64,000 nt of DNA from Octopus sinensis (lineage: Eukaryota). How positions within the stretch are numbered: the stretch's first letter is position 1; every line of letters starts with the position of its first letter. The stretch covers positions 151,776,001-151,840,000 of the forward strand of contig NC_042998.1 in assembly GCF_006345805.1 (NCBI RefSeq), written 5' to 3'. Below are positions 1 through 12,095 of this stretch, piece after piece. The notes below the pieces were generated by a model. That model saw only the letters and a list, made by a program, of their open reading frames with translations, did not search any database and was not told the origin of the DNA. The position numbers and the translations under genes were made by a program.

Positions 1-269
1 AAAAGTTTTCGTCGCTCTCAACACAATCAAGGAAATCTTGTGCAACTGAAACCCAAGTGTCCTTTTGGTCAGCTGGAAGCAGTTTTGGCACAAACTTGGC
101 AGACACGCATCTCATACTCAAATCTTCAGTGATAATGCAATTAACTGAACCGTAATTATTCTGCACATACTCTGATAACTCACGGATAGTGATTTGACAA
201 TTTCTTCCCAGCGCTGCACGCACATCTGCGATGTTTTTCTCAGTTCTGCTGGTTGCGGGTCTCCCAGAA
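1..269 (-). pseudogene. mariner transposase fragment (HTH/linker region), runs off window start
   Basis: Minus-strand translation [92 protein letters not shown] matches mariner RSGRP...TIRELA...VSAKFVPKLL motifs. Confidence 0.85.
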
Positions 270-770
<501 letters not shown>

Positions 771-902
771 GTATTGGGATTTAGTTCACAGGTGATCTAA
801 ACAATTAGCTACGCTAGGTAAGTGGTGTAATGAATTACTAGGGCTCCAAAGTTATAGCCGAGACGATAGTTATGGAGTCATTGGAAATCTATGATGCAGT
901 GG

Positions 903-1137
903 ATATATAATTGTTGAAGAGGACAACAAACATTAAAGCAAGGTAAAGATCCCATGTCTTATACATTATTATTATTGCAAAAAATTCAGCTGTTTCTGGG
1001 GTATCCGTCAAATGGAATATTCCGTCAAATAGTGAAAAGTAGGGAAAATGAGAAGTGTACATATTAATGAAATGATGACATAGAGAAAGAGAATAAAGGA
1101 ATAAGGAGATGAAGGGTGAGAAGAAAAAAGAAGCATA
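903..1137 (-). mobile_element. PLE-type terminal repeat, left arm of a diverged inverted pair
   Basis: Reverse complement aligns with 1696-1927 (e.g. CTTCTCATTTTCCCTA, CCCAGAAAYAGCTG, GAATTTTTTSCAATAATAATAAT). Confidence 0.6.
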
Positions 1138-1695
1138 AAAGTTCATAATTCAACTTTCCGACGTTGTAGAAATAAGTATATAAATCCTTAGGTGCAATCC
1201 TGCGTAGATCCATGTGGGTTAATATCCTGATATTGTAAACATCCAGAGAAGAAAGACGCGAACATATCAACGTTCAATAAGAGAATGATAGCGGAAGGTG
1301 GCTATTAGGTGGTAAAACGAAATAAAAGTAAATAAATAGAGAGTGAGGTGGGGAAGTTACGGATTGGCTTTAGGATAAAGTGAGGTGTATAAGCATACAG
1401 TGTCTAAGAATATGGTGTACAGGAATAGCCGAGGGGATAAGGGAGATGATGAGGAGGTAGAGGAAGATAACGTAAAGAAATAAACAAAATAGAGCGAAAA
1501 GAAAGGAATTTAAAGACACTAGTAGGTGTCTGTGGTAGTTTTCTAATTTGTAAGTGTCGGGGAAGAAATCTAGTAGTCCATAACAGACACAAGCATTTAT
1601 TACTAGATTTCCTCCCTAACACGTATAGACTAGAAGAGTACTACCGACAACTACTTCTCTCTTTAAATTCCTTTCTTTTCGCTCTATTTTGTTTA

Positions 1696-1918
1696 TTTTT
1701 TTCTTCTCACTCTTCATCTTTTTAATCCTTTACTCCCTTCTTCTATGTCGTCAATTCATTAATATATACCCTTCTCATTTTCCCTATTTGTCTCTGATAG
1801 CGGAATATCCCATACACGGGGATATCCCAGAAATAGCTGTAAGACTGAATTTTTTCCAATAATAATAATATATATGACTTGAGATGTTTGCCTTGCCTTA
1901 ACGTTTGCTGTCTGCTTT

Positions 1919-1927
<9 letters not shown>
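1696..1927 (+). mobile_element. PLE-type terminal repeat, right arm, ending in (TA)n
   Basis: Inverted homolog of 903-1137; contains a decayed hammerhead at 1790-1845. Confidence 0.6.
1790..1845 (+). ncRNA. degenerate type-I hammerhead ribozyme
   Basis: GTCT-CTGATAG(core altered from CTGATGA)-C-GGAATATCCC/GGGGATATCC stem II-CA-GAAA-TAGCTGT-A-AGAC; stem I GTCT/AGAC; the left-arm copy has GAAACAGCTG (palindromic stem III). Confidence 0.5.
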
Positions 1928-1999
<72 letters not shown>

Positions 2000-2020
2000 A
2001 CATATACGCATGTATATATG

Positions 2021-2115
<95 letters not shown>

Positions 2116-2189
2116 TATCAGAATGGTGCAGATGCCTCTAATGAGAACCCATTAAGGTTCGAAAATCGATTAAGGTTGTTCATTTTTTT

Positions 2190-2353
2190 AGGCGGAATAG
2201 TGGCTGTGTGGTAAGTAGCTTGCTTACCAGCCACATGGTTTCGAGTTCAGTCTCACTGCGTGGTACCTTAGGCAAGTGTCTTCTACTATAGCCTCGGGCC
2301 GACCAAAGCCTTGTGAGAGGATTTGGTAGACGGCAAACCGAAAGAAGCCCGTC

Positions 2354-2388
<35 letters not shown>

Positions 2389-2545
2389 CGTGTGTGTGCG
2401 TGTGTGTGTGTGTGTGTTTGTATATCTGTGTTTGCCTAGTACTTATTCTAACCGCTACGTTACGGGAACGTAAACACATCAGCATCGTTTGTCAAGCGAT
2501 CTTGGAGGAACAAACACAGATACAAAAACATACACACACACACAG
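2190..2545 (+). mobile_element. tRNA-derived SINE (family 1, internal TA/TG microsatellite) with inverted 3' half
   Basis: A box TGGCTGTGTGG, B-box-like GGTTTCGAGTTC, body GGCAAGTGTCTTCTACTATAGCC...AGAAGCCCGTC, then (TA)n(TG)n; homologs at 34555-34850, 44310-44445, 52865-53310. Confidence 0.85.
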
Positions 2546-2555
2546 ACACCCCACC

Positions 2556-2607
<52 letters not shown>

Positions 2608-2620
2608 GTATATATATATA

Positions 2621-3038
2621 TAACTTATAAATAAGGGCAAACGAAAAAATTTCTAATGCCAAATATGCCGAAATTAGACACCTTGTCCATAACCATATAA
2701 TTTTTCACAATATGCACGCTACTCAAAAAAGGTCGACAGAAATTTCTAAAAAATTCCATTATTACCATATCAGACCGATTTCAGGGATAGTTCATAAGAA
2801 CCCTCCCTTCATCAGTGATAAATGTGGCAAAGAAATAAATGAGATACTTACTGAAGGAGGGTTCGTATGAACTAACCCTAAAATCGGTCCGATACGGTAA
2901 TAATGGAATTTTTTAGAAATTTCTGTCGACTTGTTTTGAATAGCGTGCGTATTGTGAAAAATTATATGGTTATGGACAAGGTGTCTAATTTCGGCATATT
3001 TGGCATTAGAAATTTTTTCGTTTGCCCTTATTTATAAG

Positions 3039-3041
<3 letters not shown>
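2621..3041. mobile_element. ~420-bp foldback of two inverted PLE-type termini flanked by (TA)n
   Basis: Arm 2621-2817 is the reverse complement of arm 2850-3041 with few mismatches; ~32-bp spacer. Confidence 0.85.
2768..2820 (-). ncRNA. type-I hammerhead ribozyme, core intact
   Basis: Minus strand UAUCA-CUGAUGA-AGGGA(GG GUUC UUAU GAAC UA)UCCCU-GAAA-UCG-GUC|UGAUA: perfect 5-bp stem I, paired stem II, GUC cleavage triplet. Confidence 0.8.
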
Positions 3042-3085
<44 letters not shown>

Positions 3086-3662
3086 GGAGCAAGAACGTAA
3101 CGAACGACAATGAAAACACACGGACAGATGGACGATAGAAAGACGGACAGGAAAGCCAGGACGGAACATTCATGATTTTCTTTTCATCAGTCAAGCTTCC
3201 AAATATCACTGCATCTTCGGACTGTTACACTTGAGACTGTTCAAAATTGGTGGGCAGCAAAAATCTAAACTAAGGGCCTTAAATTTTTGGAAGAAAGCGG
3301 GCGAATATGTGCGTCAACACGAACAAAAGATCGAGAAAATGGAGAAAATGTTACACGATTACAAATACAAACAAAAAAAATAACAACAGATGTTCACCAC
3401 TGACGCTAGCCACAAATAGCTTGAAACCGTTCGGTCAGGTGATCTGGACATCTGCTAGAAGTTGGTAGGAGTTCTTCCTCCTACTTGCAATATATACCGG
3501 GTGCAGATTGCATTAATAATCAGCTAGAGGAGGCTCATCCTGGGGTTAAAAATTGTAGTAACGTCGAACAGCCATATTGATGTAGCGATAATCATTACTT
3601 CTCGCTACCTCCCTCTTTCTCTCTCTCCCCCCTCTCTCTCTCTCTCTCTCTGTTTATATACA

Positions 3663-4289
3663 TTGGGTCATCCCATAAATAATGCGGTTGTTTCAATTGC
3701 ATGAACTACGAGTCGGATGGGGACGGGATAAACTAACTGCATCAACTTCCTATAAAAGCAGGTAGTAAGTTTACTTTGTACTTATTCTTAGTGCAAGTTT
3801 TTAAGAGTGCAGTTCCATGACAAAGGAGCATATTCGGCATATTTTGCTTCATGAATTCAATAAAAGCAACAACGTAACGGTAAGTGCGAGGAATATTAAT
3901 GCAGCATATGGGGATCGGACAATAAGTGTAAACCCGTGTCATACAGCAAGGACAATATTCCAAAGGGTGGAGTAGTTTGAATGTGATGCTCCATCCACCA
4001 TATCCGCCGGTCATTACCCCATCTGATTATCATTTATTCCGTAATCTTCAAAATCATTTCGACGTAAAAAAATATGAATTCTGTAGACGAGGTCAGAACA
4101 ATACTGAAGGAATATTTTCTGTCAAGCACAAGTGAATCTTTGAAGAGAGGCCTTGCATGTCTACCACATAGATGGAAGAGTATTGTAGAAACTGAAATAA
4201 AGTATATTTCAGATTAAAAAAAGAACTTTTTGTTAATTTCAAAATATAAAAGAAGTATAAAAAGCTGAATTATTTATGGAATGACACAA
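3663..4289 (+). mobile_element. internally deleted mariner element
   Basis: Imperfect TIRs TTGGGTCATCCCATAAATAAT / ATTATTTATGGAATGACACAA; N-terminal EHIRHILLHEFNKSNNVTVSARNINAAYGDRTISV fused to C-terminal HPPY...PSDYHLFRNLQNHF...LPHRWKSIVET. Confidence 0.8.
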
Positions 4290-4305
4290 AACATACACAC
4301 ACACG

Positions 4306-4375
<70 letters not shown>

Positions 4376-5294
4376 CATATATATATATATATATAGTCAC
4401 ATACGTGGCTATTTCTGTCACCCAAAATATCTTTGGTTACAGTGTAAATTACCTAAAGTAGCACCCAGTGAATTCGGAAAGTGAACGACACAGTTGCAAA
4501 GCGCACTCTACGAAAAGAGATGATAGAACTTTCAAGTAAAGGGGAAAAAACTACGAAGACTTGTTTCATTCTATTTGTCATCAGTAAATTCACTACTCAG
4601 TTCGCACATTCGCCAAAGGTTTTATATTTCATCTTCTTAATTGCGGATGTTTCTATATAACTATCTATATGCCTTTCTATATACCATTCCATAGATCTTT
4701 CTATACCTTTCTACAGTTATCAATGTATCTTTCTATACGTATCTACGAACCTGTATATGTTCTTATTTCACAGTCCACAAATATTCTCCCTTGTGGTACG
4801 CGCGCACGCACGCACGCACACACACACACAGAAACATACACAGAAACGTACAGATACGCATAAACGTATATACATATACATGCATGTATATATGTTGTCC
4901 AGCATAAATGTTCCTGCTACAACACGACTACCACCACTATGGCCAACACCAAAAGCACCACAACCATTACCACCACCACCCACAACAACAACAGCGTCAA
5001 TACTCTGAACGTCCACTCTTAACACCGCCATCGCTATAACGAGAGTTATCTGCTTCTATGACCACCGCCATCATTTTCTACCACCACTGCATCACCACCC
5101 CCAACAACATCGTCTCCATCGGTGTTACCATCGCTATCATTATAACAACCTCCACCACCACACTTATCACCCTCCGCCAACGGCTTTGTCTTCCTCTCCG
5201 CTCCACTATCGGCCTCACTCCCTCCATCAATATTTTCCCACTGCTATCTCTACAACACCCCACCACCACCACCACCACCACCACCACCACCAAT

Positions 5295-5329
<35 letters not shown>

Positions 5330-5665
5330 CTACTACTACTACTACTACTAGTAGTAGTGTCACATCCGTCAGTTTTCACCCACATCACTCTCCTGTCAGC
5401 TGACTAACTCTGTACGGATGATAAATTTTCTCGGTTACATCGCTGAAATCTGACAACTTCTATGCTATTTTGTGTGTGTGTGTGTGTGTGTGTCTGTGTG
5501 TGTGTATGTGTGCGTGTGTGTCTGTGCCTCTCTGTGTGTGTATGGGCATGGATGCATGTGTAGGCATGTATGTAGTTTTATATGCGTGTATGCATATATT
5601 TGTGTGTTTGAACGGGAGGTGTATATGCCTGTGCGTGTGTATGTATGTATGAGCACTGTGCGTTC

Positions 5666-5711
<46 letters not shown>

Positions 5712-5848
5712 AAGAGACGTGATGACAGCCGTGCGAAATCCGAGGCTGCATTACCCATATCGTAAACCATCTTTCTGTCTATTTCTTCGTTTGTATGTCA
5801 CACTGTCTGTAATGCGTCTGTGTGGCTACCTGTCCCAATAGCTGTCTA

Positions 5849-5913
<65 letters not shown>

Positions 5914-6500
5914 GTAAGTCTGTCTATCTATCTATCTATGCGTCTATCTCAAAATATACATATTCCGTGGATAGTAAAAGTCGCCGAAGAGGTCACAAAT
6001 GTGTGACAAAAGATTTTCGGACAATGGACATACGATGAAATAAGAACAGTAATAAACGAGTGAAGAACGAATACACAGTGCTTGTGTTTATTTAGCAAAA
6101 AAAGAAAAAGAAATAAATCAATATATACGTATCAGAGTGACTCAAGGGCGGAGATATTCGACCCATGGCAGTTATCGAAGCTATCACACCAATCTCTGTC
6201 TGTATGTCTACCTATCTGTCTCTATGTATATATGTATATATATTTCGTTTTTGGATTTGGTTTGCAAGATTCTTTATGTGAGTTCGTATGTTGAAGCATA
6301 TTCTTTTGTGTCATTTTCTTTTTGTGCCTTATAATTTAACACACTCACCGGTAAAATTTCCACTTATTCCTTATTTTTATTTTCCTAAAATTTTCTTTGC
6401 GCCTTGCAACCTTTTCAATAGTCTTGATTCTTGAGTGTGTTAAATTATAAGGCACAAAAAGAAAATGACTCTCCCCAGCCACAACAGTATATATATATGT

Positions 6501-6543
<43 letters not shown>

Positions 6544-6585
6544 CGTGCGTGTGTGTGTCTGTCTGTGTGTACGCGCGCGTGTGTA

Positions 6586-6790
6586 TCTCTATATATATAA
6601 AACCGAGAATGTGTGTCTATCTGTCTGTGTGTTTCCCTAAAACTTGAGAACTGCACAACCAATTTCATTCAAATTTTACACATGCCTTACTTAGGGTCCA
6701 TGTACTTTTATGGGAAAAATGTTCAACTTCTTGCCTAGGGTGAGCCCACAGCAATATCATATCTTCTCCACTATTTTAGTATTACGTGTT
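6586..6790 (+). mobile_element. non-autonomous Helitron 5' fragment
   Basis: A|TCTCTATATATATAAAA start (compare A|TCTCTTATTATAAAA at 13708), followed by CTGTCTGT and AACTTGAGAAC...CAAATTTTACAC, typical of Helitron-derived repeats. Confidence 0.5.
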
Positions 6791-7593
6791 AAAAATGAAA
6801 CAAAAACATCTCTCTATTGTATGTATATGGATGTATACATATATATGTATATATATATATATATATTACAAAATATAAAGTTATATCTTAAGATCGTTAG
6901 TGACAACAACGCTCAAAATATATAACAGACTGGAATAGTAGAGCTCAAATGAGCTGTATACACTTTTTAATCCGAGGGGAGGCAATGCGAGCAGCAACTA
7001 AAAGAGCACTACAAAATCCACAGAAAGATCAAACACATACATATATTCATATATTCATTTATATCTACAGAACAGATATAAAGCCCGACGTTTAGAAATA
7101 TATAGTAATATATAAATATATAAACATCATATAAAAATATATTGTACGTACGTATAAGATCCGCTCGACGTTCCATAAGAAATTTAGAAATAAAAATAGC
7201 AATAAAAGTTAGAGGTAATTATAGCAATTGAATTAAATATAGTAAATATAGTAAGTAGTAATTAAAATGGTAATTAACTCGTAATATAACTATTAAAAGA
7301 AAACATTGCAATTAGTATAAAATTTATCAAGGACTTGAACTCGAATATGTGGCTTTGCATGAATGGGAGAAATTAAAAGATGAAAAATTTAATTGAGTGC
7401 AGAAGTGAATTAGTCCAGATGGAGCTGTGCGCATACCATTTACTATAGCTGCTAGATTGAATTATATGCTTATAAAGTAGCATTCAGTATCTATGAGAAT
7501 TTGGGAAAGTACGTAATGTCTGGTCTTTCGCATGTAGCCGGTATGTAATTGTGCATTTGTTTCCGTGTAGTATGTGTTGTATGGACAAACATC

Positions 7594-7655
7594 CTGATGA
7601 GGGGAGTGTCAATTTTAAATATATATGTTTCATATTAATTGGCGCATCTCCGAAT
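7594..7655 (+). ncRNA. decayed hammerhead-like motif
   Basis: CTGATGA-GGGGAGTGTCAATT...AATTGGCGCATCTCC-GAAT; imperfect long stem II, GAAA mutated. Confidence 0.3.
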
Positions 7656-7797
7656 GAACTTTTATGTATTTTATGTATTTTTGTAAATTTGTATATTTAT
7701 CTTCTATGTATTTTTCTCTGGAATTTTAATTCGTCTTTTTAATATGTCATTGTATGTTTTATTACCCCAAATTTTAATTTAACAAATTTATACCAAA

Positions 7798-7819
7798 CTA
7801 GCACTATGACCCGGCAACG
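7798..7819 (-). mobile_element. truncated Helitron 3' terminus
   Basis: A-CTAG-CACTATGACCCGGCAACG resembles the 12096 terminus A-CTAG-CAGAATTGCCCGGCGTTG; half of the hairpin is missing. Confidence 0.4.
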
Positions 7820-7934
7820 TATGTATGTCTCTTCTCCTTATATATGACTCATTGTATATCGGTATATCTGTACACTCCTTTCCATTCCTAAAACCACACT
7901 GCTCCTCCCTTAGTTTACTCTTTGTCTGGTTCAT

Positions 7935-9720
7935 CACCCTAAAAACCAGAATTCTCCATACAGTTTACCAGCCACACACAACAGATTTATACCCCTAAAA
8001 TTACCACAGTCACATTTATCCACTTTGCCCTTGTACAATGGCACTATATAGGCACTGCACCAGTTCTTTGGTACTATTCCAGCCATATAACAAACATTCA
8101 TAAGCCTCACTAACCATTCAATCGCTGTCACTCCTCTTCCAGTTTGCCATCCTCCACAAGGATTCCCTCACCGCCTCCCTTCCAATTACACCATCGTTCC
8201 ATTCCCCAACAACAGGCATTTTCTTTTCTCCTCCTACAGCTACTATGCTTGCCTCCTTAACATCCTCCACATATAACAGCTCACTAAAATACTCTGCCCA
8301 TCTCCTTTGTACATCCTCACTTCCTTTCGACAAATTTCCATTTACATCCTTCACCCTTTCTTCCCTTCCTCCAACCCTCTACCTCTTTCCAAAACATCTT
8401 TTTATTTCATACAAAATTTTCACTCAACTTTTTCCCGAACCTTTCACTCGCCTCCCCTTTCGGCATCTTCACCATTCTTGTTACTCTCTTCTTTACTTCT
8501 CTGTAGCGATCATAAGCCTCTCCACCCCCTTTCTGCAACCACTCTTCAAATGCCCTTTTCTTCTCTGCCACTGCATCCCTACATCTATTCCAACCACTCG
8601 TGTATCACATACATCAGAGGCACATCTCATTACTGCCTCTCTAAAAGTCCCCCACTCCTCCTTGACATCTACTTCCCGTTTCTTAACCTGTTCATATTCA
8701 CCTCTCAGTTTCTTTACATACACCTGCTCCTCTTCTCTCCAATCCAGTTAACTCACTTCAATAACCTCTCTCCTCCCTGTCACTCGTCTAGCATTCCATT
8801 TTGGGCATACCTTCAACTTACCATGTACTAGGAAGTGATCTGACACTAATCCCCCTTCACCTCTTATTACATGCACATCCACCAACCTTCCTACCACTCT
8901 CTTATCAATTGATATATAATCCATCAAAGACCTATCCATTACTGTTCCTCCCTCCACCCTCCATCATGTGAATTTATTCTTCACCCACTTTTTAAAAAAC
9001 TATTCCCCACCACCAACTCCTGCTCCATACACATTTCCAACAACCTCCTTCCACTCTCGGTCCGACCAGGAACTCCATATTTTCTAACTACTTTTTTAAC
9101 TTCCTCATTTCCCACTTCCAACACCACCACAAAACCACTTTTCCGCACCCTATTTTCCTACACTCTATCAGTTCCCTCCCGAACCCCTATACTCTTCTAC
9201 ACTCCTTTCACTCCCTGGACCATATGCACTAAAAAAACACCCATTTCTCTCTTCCCCACCTCATCTTAAACCATAATCTTGAAGACACTTCCCTCCACTC
9301 CACCACATTCTTCTTCACACCCTCCTCACCAGCAATGCCACTCCCTCACGAGCCCTCCCTTCCCATTCCTAACACTCGTCCAGTCACGTCCCCAAATTGA
9401 TACTCTCTCTTACCTTTCATCATAGTCTTGCTCAATGCCAGCACATCCATCCTTCTCCTCACCATCCCACTCCTTATCTCTCTTTTCTTTACCTCACTTT
9501 TAGTACACCCATCCATATTCCATGACCCTAGAACTAGGGAGAGATTTGGTATTAACCTTCTTCCACCCCTTGTCTTTTTCTCGCCATCTTTTTAGGAATA
9601 TGGATTTACTAGGAGGAGAGGTTTCCCAGCCCCCTCGCTCATGCCCCTTTTAGCTACCTCTTACGCCACGCAGGGAATACGGCAATTGCATTCTACCGAT
9701 CCCCTGCACCCAATCGCAGT
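7935..9720 (-). mobile_element. RTE-clade LINE: 5' region, APE endonuclease and start of RT; 3' part missing
   Basis: APE motifs (LVLGSWNMDG, MDYISID, LVSDHFLV), RRWAEYFSELL, VPKNWCSAYIVPLYKGK..NFRGINLL...GKLYG; many stops and frameshifts. Confidence 0.85.
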
Positions 9721-9904
9721 CGGGTTTGCTAGTTAATCCATAGCTGGAATCCTTACAGGTGCTGCCACTCAGAGCCAGAGTAGACCTGAGAACAATATTG
9801 GCTAAGAGGTAGTTCCACACTCATCATACCCTGAAACAGGGGTCCTAGGGTCCCACTACTGGATGTAGTTTATAGTCATATCCAGATTTGCGGATTCTTG
9901 ATTC

Positions 9905-9974
<70 letters not shown>

Positions 9975-12095
9975 TATGTTTGACTTTTGCTTTATGTCTG
10001 TACAAGATGGCTCCAAGTCTCACCCAGAGACCTCAAGAGACAACAGGTTGGAAGTTCTGTGCCATATATTTGGGTGGGGGTTGGTGTTGTACTAGTGAAT
10101 GTCTAATACATAAAAAAAATAATAAAAAAATAAAATTAAAAAAAAATAAATAAAAAATAAAATTAAAAAATATTAAAAAAAATTAAAATAAAAAAAAATT
10201 AAAATTAAAATTTAAAAAAAAGTTTGTTTTAAACCTTGGGATTACATAGAGAGTATTTTGCGTAGGATATGAGCAGTTCCCATGAGCATTATCTTTTGAA
10301 TTTCTGCCATTTTGGGGTTTCCTGGTATCTGAGTTAGGTAGCAATCAGTCCCTTTCGCTATCATTCCCAGGGCACCTATGACAACAGGTATTGTTTTAGT
10401 CTTCAGCTTCCACATTTTGCTGATTTCTATTTCAAGATCTTTATATTTGCTCAGTTTTTGGTAGGTCTTGACAGATACGTTTATATCGATTGGGACAGTC
10501 ATATCAATGAGGAGGCATGTTCTTTGTCTGAAGTCTTTCAATATGATGTCTGGCCTATTTGCATCTATCTTCCTGTCAGTTTGAATGGTGAAGTTCCAGA
10601 GGAGTGAGATGTGGTCATTTTCAAGCACTAGAGGTGGATTGTGTTCCCACCAGTTTTTTTCATGGGGCAAATCCAGGTTTTTGCAAATTACCCAGTGAAT
10701 ATATTGTGCAGCTCTATCATGCCTATTGAGGTACTCTGTAGGCGCTAGAAGACTGCATTTGGAGACAACATGATCAATGGTTTCATTTTGTTGTCGGCAT
10801 ACACGACATGTTGGGCTACTGCCGTTCTTTAATATGTTGGCCTGGTAGTTTCTTGTTGGTAGGCATTGGTCTTGAGCTGCTATGATAAACCCCTCTGTTT
10901 CAGATTTTAAGCCATTGATGGGTCAGGGCTTTGTCGATATCTGCATTATTCGCTCTCTTTGGGTATTTGGCATAGAGAGGTTTTTCTTGCCATTTATTAT
11001 TCAGAATATCTAAGGCCGCAGTTTTGGCACGGGTTTTCATGCGCCTAGCTTTTTCTGTGCTTGTTTCTTGTATATCTATCTCTAATTCCGAAATTGGTTG
11101 TATTCGGAATTCACTTAGATATTCCTTTGCCTGTTTTGTGACTGAGTATGATGTTTTCTTGTTTTCATGTTTTGAGACAAGTTTTAACATCCAGTCCTCA
11201 GAGTTTTTCAGGTAGGTGTCTAGGCCAATTGTAGCAATCTTCATTGTTATTGCCAGTTGTAAAAGACCACGGCCTCCCTCTTTTCTTGGCAGATAGAGTC
11301 GTTCTGTATCTGCCTTAGGGTGGTGCATTCTATGCATTGTCAACAATTTCCTTATTGTTCTGTCGAGCTGACATATTTCAGTAATTGACCAGTTAACAAT
11401 ATTGAAACTGTAAGTCACGACTGGTATGGCTAATGCATTGATCGCTTCGATCCTGTTTCTTGCATTCAGCTCTGTCTTGAGTATTGCTCTCACTCTTCGA
11501 TAGCATTCTCTCCTGATCCTTTCCTTCATCTCTGAATGCCTTATTCCGTTCCCTTCAATTACCTCTAGGTACTTGTAGCTCTCCGCTGGGTCTAGTTCTT
11601 TTATGACATTCTGCTGGTCAAGGTTAACGTTAGATGTTTCTGTCATTTTTCCTTTGATAAAGGTAGCTTTTGCACATTTATCGAGGCCGAATTGCATTCT
11701 GATGTCGTTACTGAATTGTTTGACTATCGCTAATAAGCCCTTGAGTTGTTGGTCATTTTTTGCAAAAAGCTTTAAATCATCCATGTAAATGAGATGATTT
11801 ATATTTTTATCAAACATTTTATACCCGTACTGCGCGTCATTGAGCAGCTTTGAGAGAGGTATTAAGGATAAACAAAAGAGAAGTGGTGACAGTGAGTCAC
11901 CCTGGAAAATGCCACACGAAACTTTTACATCACCAGCATTTAGGGATTCATTGTCACTGTTCAGAGTTAGTATGGTTCTCCATGATCTCATACTTACAGT
12001 CAAGAAGTTTCGCAGAGTAGGTGCTATCTTATACATTTCCAGGCATTTCCTAATCCAGCTATGTGGTAGGCTATCAAAAGCCTTTTTATAGTCTA

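Noticed and set aside
5975-6030. CCGAAGAGGTCAC..GTGAC-AAAA hammerhead-like string; similar weak strings near 3190 and 35310
   Set aside because: Both core segments are mutated and there is no stem I, so they cannot be distinguished from chance without a consensus
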